Below are positions 8,645-18,816 of a stretch of 64,000 nucleotides of DNA, piece by piece. The notes under the pieces were generated by a model. That model was not told the origin of the DNA. It saw only the letters and a list, made by a program, of their open reading frames with translations, and did no database searches. Within the stretch, counting starts at the first letter, position 1, and each line of letters opens with the position of its first letter. Source of the DNA: a bacterium. GTDB taxonomy: Bacteria; UBA8248. Location of the stretch: NCBI GenBank assembly GCA_965199855.1, contig OZ241326.1:1984001-2048000 (forward strand), written 5' to 3'. The translations under genes and the position numbers were made by a program.

Positions 8645-10053
8645 CGGGCCGGTTCTCCCCACAGGGCGTCGGAGCGCGCGGCCATGCGGCGGAAGCGCCT
8701 GCTTTCCGGCAGAGGGAGCAGGCGCATCTCCACCGTTCGGCCGATCCATTCGTCGGGGCCGGAGGCCAGCACGCGGACGTAGTTGTCCGTGAGGCCGGTG
8801 AGAAGGCCGTCCTCCCCTCGCCTGCCCTCGAAGAGCGCCTCCGCCGCCCTCCCCGTCTGGGAGGACGCGAACGCCGCCCATTTCCTTCGCCCCACTTCCT
8901 GAAGCGCGCGGACGCGGCGCTTCCGCTCTGCGGGGGGAATTTGTCCGGGCAGACGGACGGCCTCCGTTCCCTCGCGCGGCGAATAAGGGAATACGTGCAG
9001 ATAGGCCAGCGGAGATTCGCGCGCCCATTCCATGGTGCGCGCGAACGCATCGGCGCTCTCGCCCGGAAAGCCGGCGATGAAGTCGCCGCCGAGGCAGGCT
9101 CCCTCTATCTTCGCGGCGATCTCGGCGAAGCGGCGCGCGCACCGGTCGGCGGTGTAGTTTCGCCCCATCGCTCCGAGAACCTCATCGTCCCCGCTCTGCA
9201 CGGGGACGTGGAAATGGCGGCACACGCGGCCTCCGCCGTTCGACGCGCCGGGGCGGCAGGCGTTTTCCGCGCAAACGCGGATGAGCTCGCGCGTCACCTC
9301 GCCCGGCTCCACGGAGGAGAGCCTGAGCCGGAAGGCTCCCCGCATCTCCAGCAGACGCCGCACAAGGCGGCTCAGGGTGTCTCGCGGCTTCAAATCCCTG
9401 CCGTATGCGCCCAGATGCACCCCGGTGAGCACCAGCTCCTCGTGCCCGTTCGAGAGGAGGAGCCCGGCCTGCTCCGCGCATGAATCCGCGTCCAGGGAGC
9501 GACTCGCGCCCCGGGCGATGGTCGTCGCGCAAAAGGAGCAGGAGAAATCGCAGCCGTCCTGCACCTTGAGATACGCCCGCGTCCGGTCGCCGAACCGGGG
9601 CAGGAGGACGCCCTCGACGCCCGCGCTCTCCTTGATGGGAGAGACGCGGACCTCCGCGCCGCCGTTCCGCGCGGGCGGCTTCGCCAGCTCCTCGGGCAGG
9701 CGCAGCTTCTCGCCGTTTCCGAGCAGCAGGTCGGCCTCGGGAATCAGCATCTTCTCCGCGTTCGCCTGGGCGGAGCATCCCGCGATGACGACCCGGGCGC
9801 TCTCCCCGCCCGCGCGCCGCGCCCTGCGCGCCAGCCGCCTGCCCTCCTGGTCGGCCTCGGCCGTGACCGTGCAGCTGTTCACGACGTAGACGTCCGCCTC
9901 GCTCCCGAACGGGACGAGCTCGAACCCGGCCTGGGCGCACAGGTGCTTCATGGCCTCGCCCTCGGCGTGGTTCAGTTTGCAGCCCAGATTCGTCAGGGCG
10001 AGGCGCCGGCGCCTCGCCGGGCTGCTCCTCGCGCTCCCTGTTGCCGGGTTCAT
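8641..10053 (-). CDS. mtaB: tRNA t6A methylthiotransferase
   Basis: LGCKLN, NSCTVT, GC, radical SAM CDFSCSFC, HVFPYSPREGT and C-terminal GLTDNY. Confidence 0.9.
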   Translation of the reverse strand: MNPATGSARSSPARRRRLALTNLGCKLNHAEGEAMKHLCAQAGFELVPFGSEADVYVVNSCTVTAEADQEGRRLARRARRAGGESARVVIAGCSAQANAEKMLIPEADLLLGNGEKLRLPEELAKPPARNGGAEVRVSPIKESAGVEGVLLPRFGDRTRAYLKVQDGCDFSCSFCATTIARGASRSLDADSCAEQAGLLLSNGHEELVLTGVHLGAYGRDLKPRDTLSRLVRRLLEMRGAFRLRLSSVEPGEVTRELIRVCAENACRPGASNGGGRVCRHFHVPVQSGDDEVLGAMGRNYTADRCARRFAEIAAKIEGACLGGDFIAGFPGESADAFARTMEWARESPLAYLHVFPYSPREGTEAVRLPGQIPPAERKRRVRALQEVGRRKWAAFASSQTGRAAEALFEGRRGEDGLLTGLTDNYVRVLASGPDEWIGRTVEMRLLPLPESRRFRRMAARSDALWGEPAR

Positions 10054-10144
10054 ACGCGCCGCCTCGGGAAAAACATCGGAAAGTTCACCGCTCCCGCGGC
10101 GAATCTTACGCCTTGCGGAAATCGTCCCGCAAGGGCATCCTCGC

Positions 10145-10174
10145 TTGACTTCGCAAACGGGCGGTTGCTAATGT
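10145..10174 (+). promoter_or_regulatory. Candidate sigma70 promoter of the coxM-S-D-E-like operon
   Basis: TTGACT ... TGCTAATGT in the divergent intergenic region. Confidence 0.4.
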
Positions 10175-10324
10175 AGGCTCGCTCGCGTCAGAGAGGAAAG
10201 CCGGGATTCGGCGGCGCGCCGCCTCGCGGCTTTCTTCTCCGCCGGGCATCACTCGGCGACGGCCGCATCGCCTGCGGCGGACGCCGGCGCATTCCACCGA
10301 AATGACTGGGGAGAGATTCCGTCT

Positions 10325-11191
10325 ATGCGTGGCTTCGATTTCGTGGCGCCGACGACGATATCGGCGACCCTCAAGGCGGCGAAGGGCAGGAGCACGAAGT
10401 TCATCGCCGGCGGCACCAACTTCATGCCCGATCTGAGGCACCAGCACGAGGGCCCGGCGAAGGTCGTCATCGACCTCATGCGGGTCTCCGCGCTGCGGGG
10501 CATTTCCTCATCCAAAGACGTCGTGAAGCTGGGCGCCCTCACGACGATGACGGACTTGCTGACCGACCGCGCCATCCTCCGGGAGGCGCCCGTTCTCGCG
10601 GCGATGTCGGAAAAATTCGCGGGGCCGATCATCCGCAACCGCGCCACGGTGGCCGGCAACCTCGTCGACGGCGGCCCGGCGGCCGACGCCGTCCCTCCCC
10701 TGCTCGCGCTCAAGGCGAAAGTGCGGCTCGCCAGCGAAAAGGGAAGAAGGACGATTCCCCTCGACAAATTCCTCACCGGATACCGCCGGACGGCCATCAG
10801 GGCGAACGAGCTGATAACCGACGTGACCTTCCCCGCGCCGGGCAGAGGCCACAAATGGGGCTACTACAAGCTCGCGCGCCGAAACGCCATGGCCATCACC
10901 GTGGTCGGCGTCGCCGTCGTCCTGAAAGTGAAGCGCAAAAGAGTCGAGGAGGCGGGCATTTCCCTGGGCTCCGTGACGCCCGCCCCGATTCGCTGCTACG
11001 AGGCCGAGCGCATCCTGGAGGGCAGCGTGGTGGATCTCGAGCTGGCGCAGAAGGCGGCGGAGGCGTGCGCCGCCGTGGCGTCGCCGATTGACGACATTCG
11101 CGCCTCGGCCGAATACCGCAAGCTGATGTGCGAGGTGCTGCCGCGCCGCCTCATCTGCCAGGCGCTGGACATTCCGCAGAACAGCGACTAA
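10325..11191 (+). CDS. Xanthine/CO dehydrogenase family FAD-binding (medium) subunit
   Basis: IAGGTN, IRNRATVAGNL, DDIRASAEYR. Confidence 0.9.
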   Translation: MRGFDFVAPTTISATLKAAKGRSTKFIAGGTNFMPDLRHQHEGPAKVVIDLMRVSALRGISSSKDVVKLGALTTMTDLLTDRAILREAPVLAAMSEKFAGPIIRNRATVAGNLVDGGPAADAVPPLLALKAKVRLASEKGRRTIPLDKFLTGYRRTAIRANELITDVTFPAPGRGHKWGYYKLARRNAMAITVVGVAVVLKVKRKRVEEAGISLGSVTPAPIRCYEAERILEGSVVDLELAQKAAEACAAVASPIDDIRASAEYRKLMCEVLPRRLICQALDIPQNSD

Positions 11192-11236
11192 CGGACTTCA
11201 TCGTCTTTCGGGAACCCATTGGGAGAGCCTCTCAAG

Positions 11237-11800
11237 ATGGCCACAGCGACCAAAGCGAAGCGAACCGCGAGGAAAAAGAAGTCGGGCGCGCCCCTCTACG
11301 TCCCGCCCAAAAAGACGCCCATTTCGTTTTCGGTGAACGGACAGGAAGTGCGCGCCGAAGCGCCGGCGCACACCAGCCTGCTCTACCTGCTGCGCGACCT
11401 CGGCTTCACGGAGGTGAAAAACGGCTGCGAGGCGGGCGACTGCGGCGCCTGCACGATTCTTCTGGACGGCCTGGCGATGAACGCCTGCTGCGCCCTCGGC
11501 GTGCAGGCGGAAGGCCGGGAGATCACGACCGTCAAGGGCATCGGAACGGTGGACAATCTCCACCCCATACAGCGGAAATTCATCGAGCACGGCGCGATTC
11601 AGTGCGGCTTCTGCACGCCGGGGATGATCGTCGCCGCCAAGGAGCTGCTCGACAACACGCCGAACCCCAGCCGGGAGGAAATCAAGGTCGGCATCGCGGG
11701 CAACCTGTGCCGCTGCACGGGCTACGTGAAGATCATCGACGCCATCGAGGCCGCCGCCGAGGAGCTTTCCTCGAAGAAAGGAAAAAGGAAATCATCGTGA
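11237..11800 (+). CDS. Xanthine/CO dehydrogenase family 2Fe-2S (small) subunit
   Basis: [28 protein letters not shown]. Confidence 0.92.
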   Translation: MATATKAKRTARKKKSGAPLYVPPKKTPISFSVNGQEVRAEAPAHTSLLYLLRDLGFTEVKNGCEAGDCGACTILLDGLAMNACCALGVQAEGREITTVKGIGTVDNLHPIQRKFIEHGAIQCGFCTPGMIVAAKELLDNTPNPSREEIKVGIAGNLCRCTGYVKIIDAIEAAAEELSSKKGKRKSS

Positions 11801-12744
11801 GCGCCTCATCGAACGCGGCCAGAAAGCAAAAAGCCTCCCCCTCCTCCGGCTTCGGGAGCGTCGAGGAGGTGCAGGAGGCGTTCCGAAAGCTCGACTACAT
11901 CTCCGACCGAACGCTGGCGACGACCCTCTTCCTCGCCACGAAGCTGGAAAAGCCCCTCTTCCTGGAGGGAGAAGCCGGCGTAGGCAAGACGGAGCTCGCC
12001 AAGGTGCTCGCCAACTCGATGGACACCGAGCTCATTCGCCTGCAATGCTACGAGGGTCTCGACGCCAACTCGGCCCTCTACGAGTGGAACTACGCGAAGC
12101 AGCTCCTCCACATCAAGATGGAGGAATCCAGGGATTCGGACGCCGAGACCATCGAAAAGGACATTTTCAGCGAGCAATACCTGATCGAGCGGCCGCTTCT
12201 TCGCGCGCTTCTGCGCTCGAAGGAAAAGCCGGTGGTTCTGCTCATCGACGAAATCGACCGATCGGACGAGGAATTCGAGGCATTTCTGCTCGAAATCCTC
12301 TCCGACTACCAGATCACGATTCCCGAGATGGGCACCGTCAAGGCGGCGAGCAAGCCCCTGGTGGTGCTGACCAGCAACCGGACGCGCGAGATTCACGACG
12401 CCCTCAAGCGCCGCTGTCTCTATCTGTGGGTCGATTACCCCTCCTTCGAGAAGGAGGTGGAGATCATCACGACGAAGGTGCCCGGCGTCTCCGAGCGTCT
12501 GGCCGAGCAGATATCCCGGTTCATGACCCAGGCGCGGCAGATGGACTTCTACAAGCGCCCGGGCGTGGCCGAATCCCTCGACTGGGCGCAGGCCCTCCTC
12601 GCCCTGCACCGCAGCGATCTCGACGTCGACGCCGTGCGGGAGACGGTCGGCTGCATCCTGAAATACCAGGACGACATCAAGCGCGTGGAGGCGGACGGAC
12701 TCGACGGCATGGTGGCCACGGCGCAGCTTTCGCCCGACGCCTGA
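11797..12744 (+). CDS. CoxD-like MoxR AAA+ ATPase
   Basis: LEGEAGVGKT, RLQCYEG, LYEWNY, LIDEIDR, LTSNRTR. GTG overlaps the previous stop. Confidence 0.9.
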   Translation: MSASSNAARKQKASPSSGFGSVEEVQEAFRKLDYISDRTLATTLFLATKLEKPLFLEGEAGVGKTELAKVLANSMDTELIRLQCYEGLDANSALYEWNYAKQLLHIKMEESRDSDAETIEKDIFSEQYLIERPLLRALLRSKEKPVVLLIDEIDRSDEEFEAFLLEILSDYQITIPEMGTVKAASKPLVVLTSNRTREIHDALKRRCLYLWVDYPSFEKEVEIITTKVPGVSERLAEQISRFMTQARQMDFYKRPGVAESLDWAQALLALHRSDLDVDAVRETVGCILKYQDDIKRVEADGLDGMVATAQLSPDA

Positions 12745-12756
12745 TTCGGGAAATCC

Positions 12757-14022
12757 ATGGCGTCCGCCCCCCGTCCCATCGTCAACGGAACCCTGCCCAG
12801 GCGCCGGATTCGCATCAAGGGACAGGGCCTTAAAGGCGAGATGACCGGCTTCTGCCGGGTGCTCAGGCGCGCGGGCCTCAAGATAACCTCCGGCCGCATC
12901 ATCGACGTGTTCCGCTGCTTCGACTCTCTCGACGTCACCAGCCTCGACAACATCTACATCGCCAGCAAGTCCAACCTCATCTCCTCCCAGGACGAGAGCG
13001 CGATATTCGACGCCGTATTCCGGCAATACTGGTTCGACGAGGAGGGAAACCCCTACTCGGGCGACGAGTCGGTGCAGGTCGATACGCAGTTCGAGGAGGA
13101 AGGAGAAGGACAGGCCGGCGAGGGAGGCGGCACCTCCGAGGAGGGAGAATCCGACGCCGACGGCGAGGGACAGGAGAACCCGGGGCTTCCCTCCGACGAT
13201 GACGTAGAAAGCGCCGCCGAGCCCGGCGAGCAGGGAGACGACGACGAGGGCGCGCCCTCCTACAGCCCCGCCGAGGTCATCTCCGACAAGGATTTCTCCT
13301 CGCTGAACATGGATCAGGTCGCCGACCTGAGACGCCTCATCGCCAAGCTCGTCCCCAAGCTCGCCACCAAGATCAGCCGCCGCAAGCGGCCGGACATGCG
13401 CTCCCCGGAAATCGACATGAGGCGAAGCGTGAAGAGGAGCGTCCGCTCGGGCGGCGAGGTACTGAAGCTCATCCGCAGAAGAAGAAAGATACAAAAAACC
13501 CAGATCGTGCTCATCTGCGACGTATCGGGGTCGATGGACAGCTACAGCCAGTTTCTGATTCAGTTTCTCTACAGCCTCCAGAACGAGATCAAGTCGCTGC
13601 GCACCTTCGTCTTCAGCACGCGGCTTTCGGACGCCACGCCGTATCTGCGCCACAAGGACGTCAACGTCGCCCTCAAGCGCCTCTCCATGGAGGTGCACGA
13701 CTGGAGCGGCGGCACCCAGATCGGCAACTGCCTCAAGACCTTCAACTACGAATACGGCCGAACCATCCTGAACAGCCGCACCATCGTCATCATCATCTCG
13801 GACGGCTGGGACAGGGGCGACACGGACACGCTGGCGGAGGAAATGGACCGCCTCAAGAAAATCTGCCACAAGCTCTTCTGGCTCAATCCCCTTCTGGGCA
13901 GCCCCGGATACCGCCCGATCGACCGGGGGATGAGAACCGCCCTGCCCTACTGCGACGAATTCCTGGCCGCGCACAACCTCGACAGCCTCGTCGATATGAC
14001 GAACAGGATCGCGCGCATATAA
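12757..14022 (+). CDS. CoxE-like VWA-domain protein
   Basis: MIDAS CDVSGSM, FVFSTRL, WSGGTQIG, ISDGWDRG, WLNPL. Confidence 0.9.
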   Translation: MASAPRPIVNGTLPRRRIRIKGQGLKGEMTGFCRVLRRAGLKITSGRIIDVFRCFDSLDVTSLDNIYIASKSNLISSQDESAIFDAVFRQYWFDEEGNPYSGDESVQVDTQFEEEGEGQAGEGGGTSEEGESDADGEGQENPGLPSDDDVESAAEPGEQGDDDEGAPSYSPAEVISDKDFSSLNMDQVADLRRLIAKLVPKLATKISRRKRPDMRSPEIDMRRSVKRSVRSGGEVLKLIRRRRKIQKTQIVLICDVSGSMDSYSQFLIQFLYSLQNEIKSLRTFVFSTRLSDATPYLRHKDVNVALKRLSMEVHDWSGGTQIGNCLKTFNYEYGRTILNSRTIVIIISDGWDRGDTDTLAEEMDRLKKICHKLFWLNPLLGSPGYRPIDRGMRTALPYCDEFLAAHNLDSLVDMTNRIARI

Positions 14023-14101
14023 AAAACCGTCTCCTTGCGTCAGCCCCGTCTGGCTGTATAAATCGCTTTCTGCGGCTCCTTTTTCCGTTTCGGGAACGAA
14101 A

Positions 14102-14761
14102 ATGGCGAACCTGCTGATCTACACGGCGGACGAGGGATTCGCGGACGCGCTGGGGCGCGCGCTGAGGCGCGAGGGGCATTTCTGCAAGATGGTGCAGGAC
14201 GAGACGACGGCGCTGCAGGAAGTCCGCGCCAGGGGACTCGCGCTCATCCTGCTCGACGACGCCCCCGCCCTCCCCACGGTGGGAGAGATGCGGAACTGGA
14301 CCACCCTGCCCCTCCTCCTCCTCCTGGAGCCCGACCGCCTTCCGGCCGTTCGCGCGCCCATCGAGGCGGACGACATTCTGGTGAAGCCCGTCCGGGAGGA
14401 GGAACTCCTGTGCCGCGTCCGCAATCTCTGCCATCGCGCGGCGGCAAGCTCCGAAGGCGCGCGCGCGGTGAAGAACAGGGGGTTGACGCTCGATGAAGGC
14501 CGGTATGAAATCAGACTCGATGGGGAGCTCATCGACTTGACCTACCGCGAATTCGAGCTCCTCAAGCACCTGATCAACAACCCCGGGCGCGTATTCGACA
14601 GGGATCAGCTCCTGAACCTCGTCTGGGGCGTCGATTATCTCGGAGGTCCCCGCACGGTGGACGTTCACGTCCGGCGCATCCGCTCGAAAATCGAGATCAG
14701 GGGCTATTCGTTCATCTCCACGGTGCGGGGGGTGGGCTACAAATTCATCGGCGAATCCTGA
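14102..14761 (+). CDS. OmpR/PhoB-family response regulator, GlnR-like with atypical receiver
   Basis: wHTH LTYREFELL...PGRVFDRDQLL..VWGVDYLGGPRTVDVHVRRIRSK. Degenerate receiver; directly upstream of glnA. Confidence 0.85.
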   Translation: MANLLIYTADEGFADALGRALRREGHFCKMVQDETTALQEVRARGLALILLDDAPALPTVGEMRNWTTLPLLLLLEPDRLPAVRAPIEADDILVKPVREEELLCRVRNLCHRAAASSEGARAVKNRGLTLDEGRYEIRLDGELIDLTYREFELLKHLINNPGRVFDRDQLLNLVWGVDYLGGPRTVDVHVRRIRSKIEIRGYSFISTVRGVGYKFIGES

Positions 14762-14818
14762 CGCCCCCGAGTCGCCCGCTCCCCCCCCCGTTCGGCGGCG
14801 CGCGGAAAGTCCCCGCGC

Positions 14819-14850
14819 GAAACGAGAAGGAAACATTCGCCCCGTATGTT
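14819..14850 (+). promoter_or_regulatory. GAAAC-n6-GAAAC direct repeat 10 bp upstream of a TATGTT -10-like hexamer (candidate glnA promoter)
   Basis: GAAAC at 14819-14823 and 14830-14834; TATGTT at 14845-14850. Confidence 0.45.
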
Positions 14851-14892
14851 CAGCTGATTCGACGGGAAGCCCCGAGTCATCTGGAGTCCATC

Positions 14893-16239
14893 ATGCCCGA
14901 GGCGTTCGACGACAAGGACCGGGAATTCGTGCTCAACCAGGCGCGCGAGCTCGGCGTGCGCTTCATCCGCATGTGGTTCACCGACATCCTGGGCTTTTTG
15001 AAGAGCTTCGCCATCACCATCGAGGAGCTCGAAAACGCGCTTTACGAGGCGCATCTCTTCGACGGCGCGGCCATCGAGGGCTTCGCGCGCGTCGAGGAGA
15101 GCGACATGTTCGCCCACCCCGACCCCTCGACCTTCTGCGTGCTGCCCTGGCGTCCGCAGGACGGGGGCGCCGTGGCGAGAATGTTCTGCGACATCAAGGA
15201 CCCCGACGGCCGCCCGTATGAAAGCGACCCGCGCTTCATTCTCAGGCGCGCCCTGGAGAACGCGGCGCAAAAAGGCTTCACCTTCTACGCGGGCGTGGAA
15301 TACGAGCATTACTACTTCAAATCCCCCGAGCCTCCGATTGAAACGCTCGACCAGGGAGGATACTTCGACCTCACGCCCCTGGACATCGCGAGCGACTTGC
15401 GGCGAGAGACGGTTCTGAACCTCGAGAAGATGGGAATCGGGGTGGAATACAGCCACCACGAGGCCGGCCCCAGCCAGCACGAAATCGACCTGCGCTACGG
15501 CGACGCGCTCGCGATGGCGGACAACGCGATGACATACCGCCTCGTCGTCAAGGAGGTCGCCATGCGGCACGGCGTCTATGCCACCTTCATGCCGAAGCCG
15601 ATATCCGAGGCGAACGGAAACGGGATGCACACCCACCTTTCCCTGTTCCAGGGGTCGAAGAACGCCTTTTACGACCCGCGAAAGCCGGACGGCCTCTCGA
15701 AGGCCTGCCAGTCCTTCATCGCCGGCCTTTTGAAATACGCCCCGGAGATGACGCTCGTCCTCAACCAGTGGGTGAACAGCTACAAGCGCCTCGCCCCCGG
15801 CTTCGAGGCGCCCGTCTACGTCACCTGGGCGCACAAGAGCCGCAGCGACCTGATACGCATCCCCAGCACGCGCGAGGGCGGGGAATCCGACACGCGGGTC
15901 GAGCTGCGCTCCCCGGACGCGGCGTGCAACCCTTATCTCGCCTTCGCCTGCATGTTGGCGGCCGGGCTGGCCGGAATCGAGGAGGAGCTGCCCCCGGTTC
16001 CTCCCGTAGAGGAGAACGTGTTCGAGATGAGCGGGAAAAAGCGCCGGGAGCGCGGCATCCGGAGCCTGCCGGGCAGCCTCTACGAGGCCACGAGGCTGGC
16101 CGAGGAGAGCGATTTTCTCAAAAACGTCTTCGGCGCCCAGCTTTTCGACAAGTTCATCGAGAACAAGAAGCTCGAATGGGAGCCCTACCGGGCGCACGTC
16201 TCGGACTTCGAGCTGAAGAAGTATCTCTCCATTCTGTGA
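14893..16239 (+). CDS. glnA: Glutamine synthetase type I (GSI-alpha / GlnA2-like)
   Basis: WFTDILG, FDG, HHEAGPSQHEI, ATFMPKP, NGNGMHTHLSL, NSYKRL, RVELRSPD. Confidence 0.9.
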   Translation: MPEAFDDKDREFVLNQARELGVRFIRMWFTDILGFLKSFAITIEELENALYEAHLFDGAAIEGFARVEESDMFAHPDPSTFCVLPWRPQDGGAVARMFCDIKDPDGRPYESDPRFILRRALENAAQKGFTFYAGVEYEHYYFKSPEPPIETLDQGGYFDLTPLDIASDLRRETVLNLEKMGIGVEYSHHEAGPSQHEIDLRYGDALAMADNAMTYRLVVKEVAMRHGVYATFMPKPISEANGNGMHTHLSLFQGSKNAFYDPRKPDGLSKACQSFIAGLLKYAPEMTLVLNQWVNSYKRLAPGFEAPVYVTWAHKSRSDLIRIPSTREGGESDTRVELRSPDAACNPYLAFACMLAAGLAGIEEELPPVPPVEENVFEMSGKKRRERGIRSLPGSLYEATRLAEESDFLKNVFGAQLFDKFIENKKLEWEPYRAHVSDFELKKYLSIL

Positions 16240-16294
16240 ACCCGCCCCGCCTCGGGGCGAACCTCCCGGGAGCGCGTCAGGCGAAGCCCGCGCG

Positions 16295-16624
16295 TCAGTC
16301 GGCGCAGTTCTCCGCCAGCCATTCGAGATAGGACGCGCGGCCCTTCTCCAGGGATACGGCCAGCACCTCGGGCACATCGTAGCTGTGAATTTCCGCCGCG
16401 TGGTCGGAGAGCGCCTGGAGCCTGGCCTTCGTGGTCTTGGCGATGAGCAGGACTTCCGCGTCATCCTGCACCGCACCCTCCCAGCGATAGATGCTACGAA
16501 CCTTCGGAATCAGATTCACGCAGGCGCACAGCCCCCGTCCGACCAGGGATTTCGCAATCCGCACGCCCTCCTCCTCGGAGCCCGCCGTCATCAGCACGAT
16601 GCGGAATTCGCCGCCGTCTTTCAC
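16295..16624 (-). CDS. cutA: Divalent-cation tolerance protein CutA
   Basis: LCACVN, SIYRWEG, HSYDVPE, YLEWL. GTG start with GAGGAG RBS. Confidence 0.9.
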   Translation of the reverse strand: MKDGGEFRIVLMTAGSEEEGVRIAKSLVGRGLCACVNLIPKVRSIYRWEGAVQDDAEVLLIAKTTKARLQALSDHAAEIHSYDVPEVLAVSLEKGRASYLEWLAENCAD

Positions 16625-16634
16625 GATTTTCTCC

Positions 16635-17591
16635 TCATTCGCCCAGTATTTTCCGGGCCGCGCTGTCCGGATCCAGCCTCCGCGCGGCGACGTCACTCAG
16701 GAGAGCGTCCAGTTCCCGCACGCTCTTTCCCCAGTCCCCCATCCGCTCCGCCGCCAGCTCCTTCATCACCTCCGAGATCGCGATGCGGGCGCGCTCGCGC
16801 CGCAGACGCCCGGCTTCCTCCGGGTTTTCGCGCAAAAAGGACATTCGCGCCTCGATCTGGCCGACCAGCTCCTCCACGCCCTCCCCCTCGATCGCTTCGG
16901 CCTTGATCACCGGCGGCCGCCAGACGCCCTCCTCGCCGGGATGATATTTGAAGTCCAGCATTTCCTCGATTTCCCTCACGGTCCGATCCGCGCCGTCGCG
17001 CTTCGCCTTGTTGACCACGAAAATATCGCCAATTTCCATGAGGCCCGCCTTCGCCGCCTGGACGTGGTCGCCGCCCCCGGGCGTCTGGAGCACGACGACC
17101 ACGTCCGCATACTGCATGACGTTCACTTCGCCCTGCCCCACGCCGACGGTCTCAATGATCACGACATCGCGGCCCATGGCGTCCATGACGCACAGGGCGT
17201 CTCCCGTCGCGCGCGCCAGCCCGCCCAGATGCTCCCTCGCGGCCATGCTTCGGATAAATACGCCGGGATCCGTATTGTGCCGGCCCATCCGGATGCGATC
17301 GCCCAGAATGGCGCCGCCCGTGAACGGACTCGTCGGGTCCACGGCGATGAGGCACACCTTCTCGTCCCGGGCGCGGAAATGGGCGATCAGCTGATCCGAG
17401 AGCGTGCTTTTGCCCGCTCCGGGAGGCCCCGTAATTCCGACGACCAAGCTGTTCCCGCCCTTTTGATAGAGTTCTTTCAAGAGGGGCCTCGCCTCCGGAT
17501 CTCCGTCTTCCGCCAGGGAGATGAGCATGGCCGCCGGCCGAACCATGCCGTCCAGTATCTGGGAGATTTCTATGCCGTGCGAAGCGTTCAT
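16635..17591 (-). CDS. meaB: Methylmalonyl-CoA mutase-associated GTPase
   Basis: GITGPPGAGKST, AVDPTSPFTGGAILGDRIRM, ETVGVGQ, VVNKA. Confidence 0.9.
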   Translation of the reverse strand: MNASHGIEISQILDGMVRPAAMLISLAEDGDPEARPLLKELYQKGGNSLVVGITGPPGAGKSTLSDQLIAHFRARDEKVCLIAVDPTSPFTGGAILGDRIRMGRHNTDPGVFIRSMAAREHLGGLARATGDALCVMDAMGRDVVIIETVGVGQGEVNVMQYADVVVVLQTPGGGDHVQAAKAGLMEIGDIFVVNKAKRDGADRTVREIEEMLDFKYHPGEEGVWRPPVIKAEAIEGEGVEELVGQIEARMSFLRENPEEAGRLRRERARIAISEVMKELAAERMGDWGKSVRELDALLSDVAARRLDPDSAARKILGE

Positions 17592-17634
17592 TTTCTTTTG
17601 CTGTCAATGATTTCCGAGGCGCGCATTCAAGTTT

Positions 17635-18816
17635 TTATTCATTCGGCGCGCGAGCCGTTTTCCAGGAATCGAACAGATAGCGGGAAATGAGATTTCGATG
17701 AACCTCGCTCGTTCCCTCTCCGATGGTGAACACCCGGGCGTCGCGCCAGAACAGCCCCGCGCGGGTTTCGCCGATGTATCCGTATCCCCCGTGCAGCTGG
17801 ATGCCCCGGTCGCATACCCGAAGACACGCCTCGGAGGCGAAAAGCTTGGCCATGGCCACTTCCGCCCTGTTGTCTTCCCCCCGATCCCGGAGTTTCGCCG
17901 CGTGAGCGACCATCTCGCGCGCCGCGGCGACCTCGATGGCGCTCTCGGCCATCATCCCGCGCGGCCCTGCGAGCTCCGAGACGGACTTGCCGAACGCCTC
18001 CCGCCCCTTCGCGTAGGCCGCGGCGGATTCGAGCGACGCCCGCGCGATTCCGACGCACATCGCGGCCAGAACGACTCTGCCGTCGTTCAGAACGCCTGCC
18101 GCCTGCCGCAGTCCGTCGCCGGCGTCTCCGATGAGGCGGTTTCGGGGAATTTCGCAGTTTTGGAAAAACACTTCCGCCAGACCCGAGGAAGCCATGCCCA
18201 GAGGCTTCTCGACAGGGACGCTTTTGCGGCCCGCGTCCTCTTTTTCGATCAAAAACGCGCTGATTTCGCTTTTCTCACCGGGCGCGCGAGCGAAGATGAT
18301 CATGCTCTCGAAACGGACGCCCTGCGTGACGAACATTTTCGAGCCGTTAATGAGCCAGGCGTCCTCCCGACGCGCCGCCTCGCACTCCAGGGCCGCCGCA
18401 TGGCTGCCGGCGATTCGCTCCGTGATCGCCCACGCGCCGATGGCGCCCCGCATGAGGGAGGGGAGCCATTTTTTCTTTTGCTCGTCGGTTCCGCAACGGA
18501 GCAAATGGCCGCCGCACAGGCCCGCCGAAACGCTTATCGTAAGGGCGAAACTCGCGTCGCCGCCGGCCAGTTCCTCCATGACGAGGCACTCATCGAACAG
18601 CCCGAGGCCCCGACCGCCCAGGTTTTCGGGGATTTTGACGCCGATGAATCCTTCCTGCGCGGCTTCTCCGTAGAGATCAAAGGGGAATTCGGCGCTTCGG
18701 TCGCGCTCCAGCGCGCCGGGAGCGAGCCGGCTCCTGGCGAACTCGCGGGCGGCCGCCTGAAGCGCGGCTTCCGCCTCCGTCAATTCCGGGCGCGCGGCGA
18801 CGGGCAAAGTCGTCAT
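17635..18816 (-). CDS. Acyl-CoA dehydrogenase
   Basis: AWAITE...GS, NGSKMFVT, QLHGGYGY, IGEGTSE. Confidence 0.88.
   Translation of the reverse strand: MTTLPVAARPELTEAEAALQAAAREFARSRLAPGALERDRSAEFPFDLYGEAAQEGFIGVKIPENLGGRGLGLFDECLVMEELAGGDASFALTISVSAGLCGGHLLRCGTDEQKKKWLPSLMRGAIGAWAITERIAGSHAAALECEAARREDAWLINGSKMFVTQGVRFESMIIFARAPGEKSEISAFLIEKEDAGRKSVPVEKPLGMASSGLAEVFFQNCEIPRNRLIGDAGDGLRQAAGVLNDGRVVLAAMCVGIARASLESAAAYAKGREAFGKSVSELAGPRGMMAESAIEVAAAREMVAHAAKLRDRGEDNRAEVAMAKLFASEACLRVCDRGIQLHGGYGYIGETRAGLFWRDARVFTIGEGTSEVHRNLISRYLFDSWKTARAPNE

Noticed and set aside
7118-8782. 554-aa plus-strand ORF with a strong GGAGGAGG RBS
   Set aside because: It reads through REP sequence and antisense across DUF62, is Arg/Pro-rich and shows no domain. 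A shadow ORF is more likely, although the RBS is unexplained.
10325-14022. Aerobic CO dehydrogenase
   Set aside because: No CoxL here, and the only large subunit in the window lacks the AYxCSFR motif.
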